Source of the DNA: Escherichia phage VEc20
Sequence record: MN022785.1
DNA length: 64,000 nt
Strand: one strand, 5' to 3'
Positions 8,931 to 18,921 of the stretch are shown here, one piece after another. Every line of letters begins with the position of its first letter. The first letter of the stretch is position 1. The notes under the pieces were generated by a model, which saw only the letters and a program-made list of their open reading frames with translations, did no database searches and was not told the origin of the DNA. The position numbers were made by a program, and so were the translations under genes.

Positions 8931-9556
8931 TACAATAGCTCAAAGAATTCTTTGAGTCCTCTTATTACATGAGCGTGAGATTTTCCACACTCTGGACACT
9001 TAATTGGAACAGCCAAATAAACAGTAGGCTTTAAAAGCATATCTTTTATAGCTACAATATCTGACTCTGTGATGATAGAATATAAATCTTCCAACTCTTT
9101 TTCATTCAAGTCTTCAATTGGAATGCTTTCCCCGTTAGCATGAATCGTTTCTATGCATGATACTATCATGTGGGCTATATTTTTATCATCAAAAATTTTA
9201 GGGTAATGGAACTTAATTTTGATGTCACCCAGTGTATACCAGAGGTCTTCTGGTGCATCTATTTGTGTATGTAATAGATTTATATGGGTTGGTATTTCAG
9301 TTCCACAGGTGCACTTCCAGGAGTTTTCGTGATTAACTTCGCCGAGAGAATGTGCCCATAAATGAATCAACAATAGTTCTGATTCTTGGCGGTTTAAATC
9401 TTTTGCATTTGTGCAGTCTTTGATTAGCTTTTTAACAATTACTTCTACGGAACCATTATTTTTGGCAGTAATAAGTTCTAGATATTCTTTAAGCGTGAAT
9501 GCGCGACAATTGATTATTTTAGAACCAACTCTCACATCAAATTTGTATTCATACAT
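8930..9556 (-). CDS. 26: baseplate hub protein gp26
   Basis: 208-aa ORF; 1-nt overlap with gene 25; RBS AGGAG. Confidence 0.85.
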   Translation of the reverse strand: MYEYKFDVRVGSKIINCRAFTLKEYLELITAKNNGSVEVIVKKLIKDCTNAKDLNRQESELLLIHLWAHSLGEVNHENSWKCTCGTEIPTHINLLHTQIDAPEDLWYTLGDIKIKFHYPKIFDDKNIAHMIVSCIETIHANGESIPIEDLNEKELEDLYSIITESDIVAIKDMLLKPTVYLAVPIKCPECGKSHAHVIRGLKEFFELL

Positions 9557-9577
9557 ATTTAGCTCCTTTATTTATCA

Positions 9578-9585
9578 TATTTATA
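9578..9585 (-). promoter_or_regulatory. late promoter TATAAATA (minus strand) for genes 26-25
   Basis: Plus-strand tatttata at 9578-9585, upstream of the gene 26 start at 9556. Confidence 0.55.
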
Positions 9586-9589
9586 AATA
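9582..9589 (+). promoter_or_regulatory. late promoter TATAAATA for gene 51
   Basis: Exact motif 18 nt upstream of the gene 51 ATG; divergent with the minus-strand late promoter. Confidence 0.6.
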
Positions 9590-9606
9590 GAATAAAAGGA
9601 GCATCT

Positions 9607-10356
9607 ATGGCAAACATTATTCGTTGTAAATTACCAGATGGTGTTCATCGTTTTAAACCATTTACGGTAGAAGATTATCGAGATTTTTTGTTAGTTCGAA
9701 ACGATATAGAACATCGGTCACCACAAGAACAAAAAGAAATAATTACTGATTTAATTGATGATTATTTTGGAGACTATCCGAAGACTTGGCAACCATTTAT
9801 ATTTTTGCAGGTATTTGTAGGGTCAATAGGTAAAACTAAAGTACCAGTCACATTCGTATGTCCAAAATGTAAAAAAGAAAAGACAGTTCCATTTGAAATA
9901 TATCAAAAAGAATTAAAGGAACCTGTTTTTGATGTAGCTAATGTTAAAATTAAATTAAAGTTTCCTTCTGAGTTTTATGAAAATAAAGCAAAGATGATTA
10001 CTGAAAATATTCATTCCGTCCAAGTAGATGAAATTTGGTATGATTGGAAGGAAATTAGCGAGTCCAGTCAAATAGAACTAGTTGACGCCATCGAGATAGA
10101 AACATTAGAAAAAATTCTCGATGCAATGAATCCTATTAATTTAACTCTACATATGTCATGCTGTAATAAGTACATTAAAAAATACACTGATATAGTAGAC
10201 GTGTTTAAGCTATTAGTTAACCCAGATGAGATATTTACTTTTTATCAAATTAATCACACACTCGTAAAAAGTAATTATAGCTTAAATTCAATAATGAAAA
10301 TGATTCCTGCCGAGCGCGGATTCGTATTAAAACTGATTGAGAAGGATAAACAATAA
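9607..10356 (+). CDS. 51: baseplate hub assembly protein gp51
   Basis: 249-aa ORF, T4 gp51 length and position. Confidence 0.85.
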   Translation: MANIIRCKLPDGVHRFKPFTVEDYRDFLLVRNDIEHRSPQEQKEIITDLIDDYFGDYPKTWQPFIFLQVFVGSIGKTKVPVTFVCPKCKKEKTVPFEIYQKELKEPVFDVANVKIKLKFPSEFYENKAKMITENIHSVQVDEIWYDWKEISESSQIELVDAIEIETLEKILDAMNPINLTLHMSCCNKYIKKYTDIVDVFKLLVNPDEIFTFYQINHTLVKSNYSLNSIMKMIPAERGFVLKLIEKDKQ

Positions 10357-11531
10357 TGAGTATGTTGCAACGCCCCGGATATCCAAATCTCAGCGTTAAA
10401 TTATTTGATAGCTACGACGCTTGGAGTAATAATAGATTTGTTGAATTAGCTGCTACTATTACCACATTAACTATGCGGGATTCTCTTTATGGCCGAAATG
10501 AAGGAATGCTGCAGTTTTATGATTCTAAAAACATCCATACAAAAATGGATGGAAATGAAATAATTCAGATTTCTGTAGCTAATGCAAATGATATTAATAA
10601 TGTTAAAACACGAATTTATGGATGTAAGCATTTTTCCGTGTCAGTAGATTCAAAAGGTGATAACATCATTGCTATTGAATTGGGAACTATTCATTCTATA
10701 GAAAATCTTAAATTTGGTAGACCATTTTTCCCTGATGCGGGTGAATCTATAAAAGAAATGCTTGGCGTCATTTATCAAGACCGTACATTATTAACTCCAG
10801 CGATAAATGCTATAAATGCTTATGTTCCTGATATTCCATGGACTAGCACATTTGAAAACTATTTGTCATATGTCAGAGAAGTTGCTCTAGCTGTAGGAAG
10901 CGACAAATTTGTATTTGTGTGGCAAGACATCATGGGAGTTAACATGATGGACTATGATATGATGATAAATCAAGAACCATATCCAATGATTGTCGGTGAG
11001 CCATCTTTAATAGGTCAATTTGTCCAAGAATTAAAATATCCATTAGCATATGATTTTGTTTGGTTGACTAAATCGAATCCTCACAAACGTGACCCAATGA
11101 AAAACGCTACTATCTATGCGCATTCATTTTTAGATTCTTCATTGCCAATGATTACTACAGGAAAGGGTGAAAACTCTATTGTAGTGTCAAGGTCAGGTGC
11201 TTATTCTGAAATGACTTATAGGAATGGATATGAAGAAGCTATTCGTCTTCAAACTATGGCACAATATGACGGCTATGCTAAATGTTCTACTGTCGGTAAT
11301 TTTAACTTGACTCCTGGTGTTAAAATTATTTTTAATGATAGTAAAAACCAATTTAAAACAGAATTTTACGTTGATGAAGTTATCCATGAATTATCCAATA
11401 ATAATTCAGTAACTCATCTATATATGTTCACTAATGCAACGAAACTGGAAACAATAGACCCAGTTAAGGTTAAAAATGAATTTAAATCTGATACTACCAC
11501 TGAAGAAAGTAGTTCTTCCAATAAGCAATAA
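10356..11531 (+). CDS. 27: baseplate hub protein gp27
   Basis: 391-aa ORF, T4 gp27 length; TAATG overlap with gene 51. Confidence 0.9.
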   Translation: MSMLQRPGYPNLSVKLFDSYDAWSNNRFVELAATITTLTMRDSLYGRNEGMLQFYDSKNIHTKMDGNEIIQISVANANDINNVKTRIYGCKHFSVSVDSKGDNIIAIELGTIHSIENLKFGRPFFPDAGESIKEMLGVIYQDRTLLTPAINAINAYVPDIPWTSTFENYLSYVREVALAVGSDKFVFVWQDIMGVNMMDYDMMINQEPYPMIVGEPSLIGQFVQELKYPLAYDFVWLTKSNPHKRDPMKNATIYAHSFLDSSLPMITTGKGENSIVVSRSGAYSEMTYRNGYEEAIRLQTMAQYDGYAKCSTVGNFNLTPGVKIIFNDSKNQFKTEFYVDEVIHELSNNNSVTHLYMFTNATKLETIDPVKVKNEFKSDTTTEESSSSNKQ

Positions 11532-12009
11532 AGAAGTTTCTATTCCTAAAATGGGTCTTAAACATTATAACATTTTAAAAGATGTTAAAGGTCCTGATGA
11601 AAATTTAAAACTTCTTATTGATTCTATTTGTCCGAATTTATCGCCGGCAGAAGTTGATTTCGTTTCTATTCATTTATTGGAATTTAATGGAAAGATTAAA
11701 TCTCGTAAAGAAATAGATGGCTATACTTATGACATTAATGATGTCTATGTATGCCAAAGATTGGAATTTCAATACCAAGGAAATACATTTTATTTTAGAC
11801 CTCCTGGAAAATTTGAACAATTTTTAACGGTGAGCGATATGTTATCTAAATGCTTGCTTAAGGTCAACGATGAAGTTAAAGAAATTAATTTTCTTGAGAT
11901 GCCAGCATTCGTTTTAAAATGGGCAAATGATATTTTTACAACTTTAGCAATTCCTGGCCCTAATGGTCCAATAACTGGAATTGGCAATATTATTGGATTA
12001 TTTGAATGA
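11476..12009 (+). CDS. 28: baseplate hub distal protein gp28
   Basis: 177-aa ORF overlapping the gene 27 3' end in another frame. Confidence 0.75.
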   Translation: MNLNLILPLKKVVLPISNKEVSIPKMGLKHYNILKDVKGPDENLKLLIDSICPNLSPAEVDFVSIHLLEFNGKIKSRKEIDGYTYDINDVYVCQRLEFQYQGNTFYFRPPGKFEQFLTVSDMLSKCLLKVNDEVKEINFLEMPAFVLKWANDIFTTLAIPGPNGPITGIGNIIGLFE

Positions 12010-13778
12010 AAAAGCCACAAGAAATGCAAACGATGCGTAGAAAAGTTATTTCAGATAATAAACCAACACAGGAAGCGGCTAAATCCGCTTCCAACACTTT
12101 ATCTGGGCTTAATGACATTTCTACAAAATTGGATGATGCTCAAGCTGCTTCTGAATTAATTGCTCAAACTGTCGAAGAAAAATCGAATGAAATAATTGGA
12201 GCAATTGACAATGTAGAAAGTGCAGTGAGTGATACTACTGCTGGTTCTGAGTTAATTGCTGAAACTGTCGAAATTGGCAACAATATTAATAAAGAAATCG
12301 GTGAATCACTCGGAAGCAAATTAGATAAATTAACAAGTTTACTAGAGCAAAAAATCCAGACAGCTGGAATTCAACAGACTGGAACTAGTTTAGCCACTGT
12401 TGAAAGCGCTATTCCTGTTAAAGTCGTTGAGGATGATACTGCCGAATCTGTGGGTCCTTTATTACCAGCTCCCGAAGCAGTTAATAATGATCCTGACGCT
12501 GATTTTTTCCCTACCCCTCAACCAGTTGAACCCAAACAAGAATCGCCAGAAGAAAAACAGAAAAAAGAAGCATTTAACTTAAAATTATCTCAAGCTTTAG
12601 ATAAATTAACAAAGACTGTTGATTTTGGATTTAAGAAATCCATTTCAATTAGTGATAAAATATCAAGCATGTTATTTAAGTACACCATAAGTGCTGCTAT
12701 TGAAGCTGCTAAAATGACTGCAATGATATTGGCTGTTGTTGTTGGAATAGACCTTTTGATGGTTCATTTTAAATACTGGTCAGATAAATTTTCAAAAGCC
12801 TGGGATTTATTTAATACTGACTTTACTAAATTCTCTAGCGAAACCGGAACATGGGGTCCTTTATTACAGAGCATCTTTAGTTCTATTGATGAAATTAAAA
12901 AGTTTTGGGAAGCCGGAGATTGGGGTGGATTGACAGTAGCTATTGTTGAAGGGCTTGGAAGTGTTCTTTATAATTTAGGAGAGCTTATTCAATTAGGTAT
13001 GGCTAAATTATCTGCAGCAATTCTTCGAGTCATTCCTGGCATGAAGGATACTGCTGATGAAGTAGAAGGAAGAGCATTAGAAAATTTCCAAAATTCTACT
13101 GGAGCATCTCTTAATAAAGAAGACCAAGAAAAAGTAGCAAATTATCAAGATAAACGAATGAATGATGATCTTGGCCCAATAGCAAAAGGATTAGACAAAA
13201 TTGCGAACTGGAAAACTCGTGCATCTAACTGGATTCGTGGTGTAGATAATAAAGAAGCATTGACTACTGACGAAGAACGTGCAGCAGAAGAAGAAAAATT
13301 AAAACAACTTTCACCGGAAGAAAGAAAAAATGCTTTAATGAAAGCTAATGAAGCTCGTGCTGCGATGATTCGTTTTGAAAAATATGCTGATTCAGCTGAT
13401 ATGAGCAAAGACTCGACAGTTAAATCAATTGAAGCTGCTCATGAAGACCTTAAAAAACGAATGAATGATCCGGATTTAAATAATTCACCAGCAGTTAAAA
13501 AAGAACTTGCTTCTAGATTTGCTAAAATTGATGCCACTTATCAAGAGCTCAAGAAAAATCAACCTGAAGCAAAACCTGAAACTTCTGCTAAATCACCAGA
13601 AGCAAAACAGGTCCAGGTGATTGAAAAGAACAAAGCACAGCAAGCTCCTGTTCAACAAGCATCTCCTTCAATCAATAATACTAATAATGTTATTAAGAAA
13701 AATACTGTCGTTCATAATATGACACCCGTAACGAGCACGACTGCTCCTGGTGTATTTGATGCGACTGGAGTTAATTAA
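12006..13778 (+). CDS. 29: baseplate hub / tail length determinator gp29
   Basis: 590-aa ORF, T4 gp29 length; ATGA overlap with gene 28. Confidence 0.85.
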   Translation: MKKPQEMQTMRRKVISDNKPTQEAAKSASNTLSGLNDISTKLDDAQAASELIAQTVEEKSNEIIGAIDNVESAVSDTTAGSELIAETVEIGNNINKEIGESLGSKLDKLTSLLEQKIQTAGIQQTGTSLATVESAIPVKVVEDDTAESVGPLLPAPEAVNNDPDADFFPTPQPVEPKQESPEEKQKKEAFNLKLSQALDKLTKTVDFGFKKSISISDKISSMLFKYTISAAIEAAKMTAMILAVVVGIDLLMVHFKYWSDKFSKAWDLFNTDFTKFSSETGTWGPLLQSIFSSIDEIKKFWEAGDWGGLTVAIVEGLGSVLYNLGELIQLGMAKLSAAILRVIPGMKDTADEVEGRALENFQNSTGASLNKEDQEKVANYQDKRMNDDLGPIAKGLDKIANWKTRASNWIRGVDNKEALTTDEERAAEEEKLKQLSPEERKNALMKANEARAAMIRFEKYADSADMSKDSTVKSIEAAHEDLKKRMNDPDLNNSPAVKKELASRFAKIDATYQELKKNQPEAKPETSAKSPEAKQVQVIEKNKAQQAPVQQASPSINNTNNVIKKNTVVHNMTPVTSTTAPGVFDATGVN

Positions 13779-13786
13779 GGAATAAT

Positions 13787-14881
13787 ATGGCAATTGTTAA
13801 AGAAATAACTGCTGATTTAATTAAAAAGTCCGGTGAGAAAATTTCAGCCGGACAGAGTACTAAATCAGAAGTAGGAACTAAAACATACACTGCCCAGTTT
13901 CCAACTGGGCGTGCTAGTGGTAATGACACTACAGGGGACTTCCAGGTAACAGATCTATATAAGAATGGATTATTATTTACTGCATACAATATGTCATCTA
14001 GGGATTCTGGAAGTCTTAGATCGATGAGATCTAACTACTCTTCTTCATCTTCGAGTATTTTACGTACAACAAGAAACACTATTAGTAGTACAGTATCAAA
14101 ACTATCAAATGGATTAATATCAAATAATAATTCAGGAACAATAAGTAAAGCTCCTATCGCAAACATTCTTTTACCGAGATCTAAATCTGATGTTGATACA
14201 TCATCACATAGATTTAATGATGTTCAAGAAAGCCTTATCAGTAGAGGTGGAGGTACTGCTACTGGAGTGCTAAGTAATATTGCTTCAACTGCAGTATTTG
14301 GGGCGTTGGAAAGTATAACACAAGGTATAATGGCTGATAATAATGAACAGATTTATACGACAGCCAGAAGTATGTATGGTGGTGCTGAAAATAGAACTAA
14401 AGTGTTTACATGGGATTTGACTCCACGTTCAACAGAAGATTTAATGGCTATTATTAATATCTATCAATATTTTAACTATTTTTCTTATGGTGAAACGGGT
14501 AAATCTCAATATGCTGCTGAAATAAAGGGGTATTTAGATGATTGGTATCGTTCTACGTTAATTGAACCTTTATCTCCGGAAGACGCAGCTAAAAATAAAA
14601 CACTATTTGAGAAAATGACATCGAGTTTAACTAACGTTCTAGTGGTTTCAAACCCGACAATTTGGATGGTGAAAAACTTTGGTGCAACATCTAAGTTTGA
14701 TGGAAAAACGGAAATATTTGGCCCATGCCAAATACAGAGCATCAGATTTGATAAAACACCTAATGGTAACTTTAACGGATTAGCTATTGCTCCAAACCTC
14801 CCTAGTACATTTACTCTCGAGATTACTATGAGAGAAATTATCACGTTAAACCGTGCTTCTTTATATGCGGGGACTTTTTAA
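13787..14881 (+). CDS. 48: baseplate tail-tube junction protein gp48
   Basis: 364-aa ORF, T4 gp48 length and position. Confidence 0.85.
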   Translation: MAIVKEITADLIKKSGEKISAGQSTKSEVGTKTYTAQFPTGRASGNDTTGDFQVTDLYKNGLLFTAYNMSSRDSGSLRSMRSNYSSSSSSILRTTRNTISSTVSKLSNGLISNNNSGTISKAPIANILLPRSKSDVDTSSHRFNDVQESLISRGGGTATGVLSNIASTAVFGALESITQGIMADNNEQIYTTARSMYGGAENRTKVFTWDLTPRSTEDLMAIINIYQYFNYFSYGETGKSQYAAEIKGYLDDWYRSTLIEPLSPEDAAKNKTLFEKMTSSLTNVLVVSNPTIWMVKNFGATSKFDGKTEIFGPCQIQSIRFDKTPNGNFNGLAIAPNLPSTFTLEITMREIITLNRASLYAGTF

Positions 14882-15846
14882 TGTATTCTTTAGAGGAATT
14901 TAATAATCAAGCAATAAACGCAGATTTCCAACGTAATAATATGTTTAGCTGCGTTTTTGCAACAACTCCATCAACTAAAAGCTCTTCGTTGATAAGTTCA
15001 ATTAGCAACTTTTCTTATAATAACTTGGGCCTAAATTCAGATTGGTTAGGATTAACTCAAGGTGATATTAATCAGGGAATTACCACGCTAATTACAGCTG
15101 GCACACAAAAACTGATAAGAAAATCAGGGGTTAGTAAATATCTTATTGGTGCCATGAGTCAACGTACAGTTCAAAGTTTATTAGGCTCATTTACAGTTGG
15201 TACATATTTAATTGACTTCTTTAACATGGCATATAACTCATCTGGATTGATGATATATTCTGTAAAAATGCCAGAGAACAGATTATCCTATGAAACTGAC
15301 TGGAACTATAATTCTCCTAATATTCGTATAACCGGAAGAGAATTAGACCCTTTGGTTATTTCATTTAGAATGGATTCAGAAGCTTGTAACTATCGTGCAA
15401 TGCAAGACTGGGTTAACTCTGTTCAAGACCCAGTAACTGGACTGCGTGCTTTGCCGCAAGATGTCGAGGCAGATATTCAGGTTAATCTTCATTCTCGCAA
15501 TGGATTACCACATACTGCGGTGATGTTCACTGGATGCATTCCAGTGTCCGTAAGCGCTCCTGAGTTATCATATGATGGAGATAACCAAATAACTACATTT
15601 GATGTTACTTTTGCGTATAGAGTGATGCAGGCTGGAGCAGTTGATAGACAAGCTGCCCTTGAATGGCTTGAATCTGCTACTATAAATGGTATTCAAAGCG
15701 TTCTCGGAAATAGTGGAGGTGTTACTGGACTATCTAATTCGCTTTCACGACTTAGTAGATTAGGGGGAACTGCAGGAAGCATTTCAAACATTAATACTAT
15801 GACAGGAATTGTCAATTCGCAAAGTAAAATATTAGGAGCAATATAA
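14881..15846 (+). CDS. 54: baseplate tail-tube initiator gp54
   Basis: 321-aa ORF; TAATG overlap with gene 48. Confidence 0.85.
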   Translation: MYSLEEFNNQAINADFQRNNMFSCVFATTPSTKSSSLISSISNFSYNNLGLNSDWLGLTQGDINQGITTLITAGTQKLIRKSGVSKYLIGAMSQRTVQSLLGSFTVGTYLIDFFNMAYNSSGLMIYSVKMPENRLSYETDWNYNSPNIRITGRELDPLVISFRMDSEACNYRAMQDWVNSVQDPVTGLRALPQDVEADIQVNLHSRNGLPHTAVMFTGCIPVSVSAPELSYDGDNQITTFDVTFAYRVMQAGAVDRQAALEWLESATINGIQSVLGNSGGVTGLSNSLSRLSRLGGTAGSISNINTMTGIVNSQSKILGAI

Positions 15847-15850
15847 CAAC

Positions 15851-15880
15851 GGGGACCTTTCGGTCCCCATATTTTTATTT
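15851..15880 (+). terminator. intrinsic terminator after gene 54
   Basis: GGGGACC-TTTC-GGTCCCC followed by ATATTTTTATTT. Confidence 0.6.
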
Positions 15881-16165
15881 GCGGAATGAAATGAAAGCAG
15901 AAACTGAAGCAACTAAACTGTCTTCAATATAAACTTCAATTTTTACCGGAGCTTCTGACTCAAATTTACCTGTTACTACACCCTGAAAAATACTTTCAGT
16001 CTGTTCTGGCTTTGAAAAATTTTCAGAAGGAAAAATTCCGAACTTTTTATCTGTTCCAAAAATTTTAATAAATTCATCGTAAACCGCTTCGTTAAAAGCA
16101 TTATCAGCAGGAATAACGCCTTCAACTACAAGTTCTTGACCTAAAAAGCGTAAAGAAGATTTCAT
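15875..16165 (-). CDS. hypothetical protein (alt.-3-like)
   Basis: 96-aa ORF with RBS GAGGAA; driven by the early promoter at 16197-16225. Confidence 0.55.
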   Translation of the reverse strand: MKSSLRFLGQELVVEGVIPADNAFNEAVYDEFIKIFGTDKKFGIFPSENFSKPEQTESIFQGVVTGKFESEAPVKIEVYIEDSLVASVSAFISFRK

Positions 16166-16196
16166 TTTGTGTTCCTCATGTTATGTCAGTAAGACT

Positions 16197-16225
16197 ACTA
16201 TAACACAACACGAGGGACTTGTAAA
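16197..16225 (-). promoter_or_regulatory. early promoter (TTTACA-N17-TATAGT)
   Basis: Minus strand GTTTACA-17 bp-TATAGT; part of a 54-bp element (16173-16226) identical to 30449-30502. Confidence 0.55.
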
Positions 16226-16401
16226 CTACATTTTGAACTTTTTAGTACGCGGAATAGGCATGCGTCGATTTTATACTGTTTCATTGTTTGAAGAGCAGTA
16301 TCAAAAACAGCATTAATGACACCAATTGGATTTCCACTCAAGTTTTTAAGCTTAACTAATGATAGTTTCTCATTAACACCTATCATTACGATATGCATCA
16401 T
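16198..16401 (-). CDS. Alt N-terminal paralog fragment (aligns to Alt residues ~65-130)
   Basis: 67-aa ORF MMHIV...TMKQYKIDAC aligning to Alt MMHIVPF...TMRQYKIDAC; ATGA-coupled to the upstream fragment. Confidence 0.5.
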   Translation of the reverse strand: MMHIVMIGVNEKLSLVKLKNLSGNPIGVINAVFDTALQTMKQYKIDACLFRVLKSSKCSLQVPRVVL

Positions 16402-16583
16402 TTTATCGCCTGGTTTAACGTTTTATTTGTATCACCGTCAGAGGTGTATGTACAAAATCTAAATCCAGGAAGTACGCTTTCTTCACCGGCTTGAATAGCA
16501 AAAATTTGAGGTATTTTATGCTTAGGATTTAAGTTAACAACCGGCGCCGAAGCGCCGTCAAATAATTCTGTAATAAGTTCCAT
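16398..16583 (-). CDS. Alt N-terminal paralog fragment (aligns to Alt residues ~2-60)
   Basis: 61-aa ORF MELITELFD...NLNPKHKIPQIF...CTYTSDGDTN aligning to the Alt N-terminus; starts 3 nt after the alt stop. Confidence 0.5.
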   Translation of the reverse strand: MELITELFDGASAPVVNLNPKHKIPQIFAIQAGEESVLPGFRFCTYTSDGDTNKTLNQAIK

Positions 16584-16586
16584 GAT

Positions 16587-18683
16587 TTATCCTTGAACGA
16601 ACTTGTAAGGCATGTTTGTAATATCTATGCAAGACGCAATAATTCCAAGAGATGATTCGACTTTCTGTTTAACATTTGATGAAACAAATGATGCAAAATC
16701 AACTCTATCTTCTATTTCAATATCACCAGTCATTGCAACTACTTCACCAGTTTCCATTAGACGGTCACCGTCATAAATTACTGATTCGGTGAGTTCTTCC
16801 GTAGTCATAACTTCAGCTTGAATGAGTTTTGTATTATTAGATGTTGTTCCGTCGTTATTAGAAGCATCAGTTATTTTATTGACTTTGACCATCAATCCAC
16901 GCGGTAGAATAACTTCAGCTTCTGTTGCTATTCCGAGACTTCCTGGATATACAACATTAACTTTATGAGCTCCATCAATTGCCCATCCTATTTGAACTTT
17001 AACGTATTCAGGATTTTCTTTATACGCTCTTATTTCGTTTGGATTAATAGTTATTCCTTCTTCATTTTTATCAACTGTTAATTCATTGCGAGCTTCTGGT
17101 TCTAAAAGACCAATACCAGCATGTGTAATTCCAAAACGTCCAAAAATGATAGGAGTTAAAGAAGTAGATACAAAATTTCTGAAATAGAATACTTTATTTT
17201 TAACTAGTGCTTCGTATATAGGAGCAGTCATACTTTGAGCACGATAAACTGTAATGCCTTCTGGTATACGATCACCATTTTCAAAAGCAGAATCTAAATT
17301 AGTTATAGCAGCTTCAATTTCTTTTTCACTCATTACTTCATAACGTTCTGGATCATAACGACCCAAAAGAAGATTATTGATGTCAGTATATCCTGAACCG
17401 CAATACTCTCTAATGCCACGCTTTTGTGATGGAGTATATTTAGAACCATCACGGGCAATAGTAATATCAATCATTGGACCTGCACCAATTCCAGAGAAAC
17501 TATAAATCATTCTTTTGAGGAATTTAGTTTTTGTCGCGTTCCAGGAATTTTTAGTTATTTCTTCCCAGACTTCATCTGGCTGTCCTTTACGGGTTTTATT
17601 ATGTTTATCAAGCCAAGTATCTTTATATTCTTCAAATAATTGATTAACAGCTGCTGCGTATTTCTCTAAACATTTTATTGAAGTAGTCGGTTCATTTTTA
17701 ATCGCATTAAGAATTACATCTTTAATTTTTTCAGAAACTTCATTAACCTCACTTTTTGAAAAGAATTTATAGTCATAATGAAGTTCATCTGCAGTTCCTT
17801 CGGCAATGATTTTTGCTGCCTTAGTTTTAGAAGCTAATGAATTAATTCCAATTTTCATTTCTTCTGCTTCGGGAATTAAAGGTGCAGTAGCTGGTTTATT
17901 AAAATTAGCTGCTGTAGATTCATACTTCTGGAATAATTCACTTTCAAATCTAGAAGACTCTAATGATTGACTTTGTGCAATTGCTCTACGGGAAATTTTA
18001 ACTTTAACGATTACAGCTTGGTCAGAACGTTTATCATTTTCTTGTGCAATAGATGCTGCAATTGCCTCATTTTTAGTTACTTGAGCTCCAGTATCTTTAT
18101 TGATATAAACATCACCGACCTTCGATTCAACTTTAGTAAAGAGCTCGGTACTAATTTCCGGAACCCCTGGAATGTCTTCTAGTGATACATTTTTGCGATG
18201 TATAAGAATATATGCATACTTTTTATCATAATCCCAGAGTTCCTTAAGAAGGACGTATCTGCCACCTGAACGACTACGGATAAGTCTATCAGCAATAACT
18301 TGAATTTGTCGAGCTTGACCAGCAGTTTTAGACTTAAGAATACGGAGCATACAGGCATCAATTTTATACTGACGCATTGTTTGCATTGCAACAGTAAAAA
18401 CCGAATTGATATAATTAATTGGGCTTGGACCAAGACCTTTCAATTTAGCAATTGAACCTTTAGCGGTTAATGTAAAAGGAACAATATGCATCATTTTATC
18501 GCCCATCTTTAAATCACGATTAGTATCACCTCCAGATGTATAGGTACATAAACGAAAGCCTGGTTGTTCAATTGCATCATCAACATGAACTGAAAAAATT
18601 TGTGGTATTTTCTTCTTTGGATTTAAGTTTGTAATCGGAAGAGTAGTATCTTCGTCAAATAATTCTGTAATTAGTTCCATCAT
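16587..18683 (-). CDS. alt: ADP-ribosyltransferase Alt (packaged RNA-polymerase-modifying enzyme)
   Basis: 698-aa ORF; ART-like motifs (R...STS...EAE) in the C-terminal half; late promoter upstream. Confidence 0.85.
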   Translation of the reverse strand: MMELITELFDEDTTLPITNLNPKKKIPQIFSVHVDDAIEQPGFRLCTYTSGGDTNRDLKMGDKMMHIVPFTLTAKGSIAKLKGLGPSPINYINSVFTVAMQTMRQYKIDACMLRILKSKTAGQARQIQVIADRLIRSRSGGRYVLLKELWDYDKKYAYILIHRKNVSLEDIPGVPEISTELFTKVESKVGDVYINKDTGAQVTKNEAIAASIAQENDKRSDQAVIVKVKISRRAIAQSQSLESSRFESELFQKYESTAANFNKPATAPLIPEAEEMKIGINSLASKTKAAKIIAEGTADELHYDYKFFSKSEVNEVSEKIKDVILNAIKNEPTTSIKCLEKYAAAVNQLFEEYKDTWLDKHNKTRKGQPDEVWEEITKNSWNATKTKFLKRMIYSFSGIGAGPMIDITIARDGSKYTPSQKRGIREYCGSGYTDINNLLLGRYDPERYEVMSEKEIEAAITNLDSAFENGDRIPEGITVYRAQSMTAPIYEALVKNKVFYFRNFVSTSLTPIIFGRFGITHAGIGLLEPEARNELTVDKNEEGITINPNEIRAYKENPEYVKVQIGWAIDGAHKVNVVYPGSLGIATEAEVILPRGLMVKVNKITDASNNDGTTSNNTKLIQAEVMTTEELTESVIYDGDRLMETGEVVAMTGDIEIEDRVDFASFVSSNVKQKVESSLGIIASCIDITNMPYKFVQG

Positions 18684-18703
18684 ATCCTCTCTAGTGTTTA
18701 TTC

Positions 18704-18711
18704 TATTTATA
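18704..18711 (-). promoter_or_regulatory. late promoter TATAAATA (minus strand) for alt
   Basis: Plus-strand tatttata about 21 nt upstream of the alt ATG. Confidence 0.55.
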
Positions 18712-18716
18712 AAATT

Positions 18717-18734
18717 AAAGGCCCGAAGGCCTTT
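18717..18734 (-). terminator. UUCG hairpin terminator between gene 30 region and alt
   Basis: AAAGGCC-CGAA-GGCCTTT; minus-strand RNA carries a UUCG loop followed by U-rich sequence. Confidence 0.45.
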
Positions 18735-18921
18735 AGTAATCTAGTGGTAAGAGAGTACGATATATTTCAAACTTTGGTCCTTTTTCATAGGCATCAAATG
18801 TTTCTGTAAATTTATTATAAGCGTATGCATCTACAAATTCGAGAATGACTTGTGATACAGAAGTAGAAACATCTCCACCTTCTTTTTGAGCAATGACAAT
18901 TGTTTCTAAGTAAGCTTTCAT
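18733..18921 (-). CDS. hypothetical protein
   Basis: 62-aa ORF overlapping the gene 30 stop by 4 nt. Confidence 0.5.
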   Translation of the reverse strand: MKAYLETIVIAQKEGGDVSTSVSQVILEFVDAYAYNKFTETFDAYEKGPKFEIYRTLLPLDY

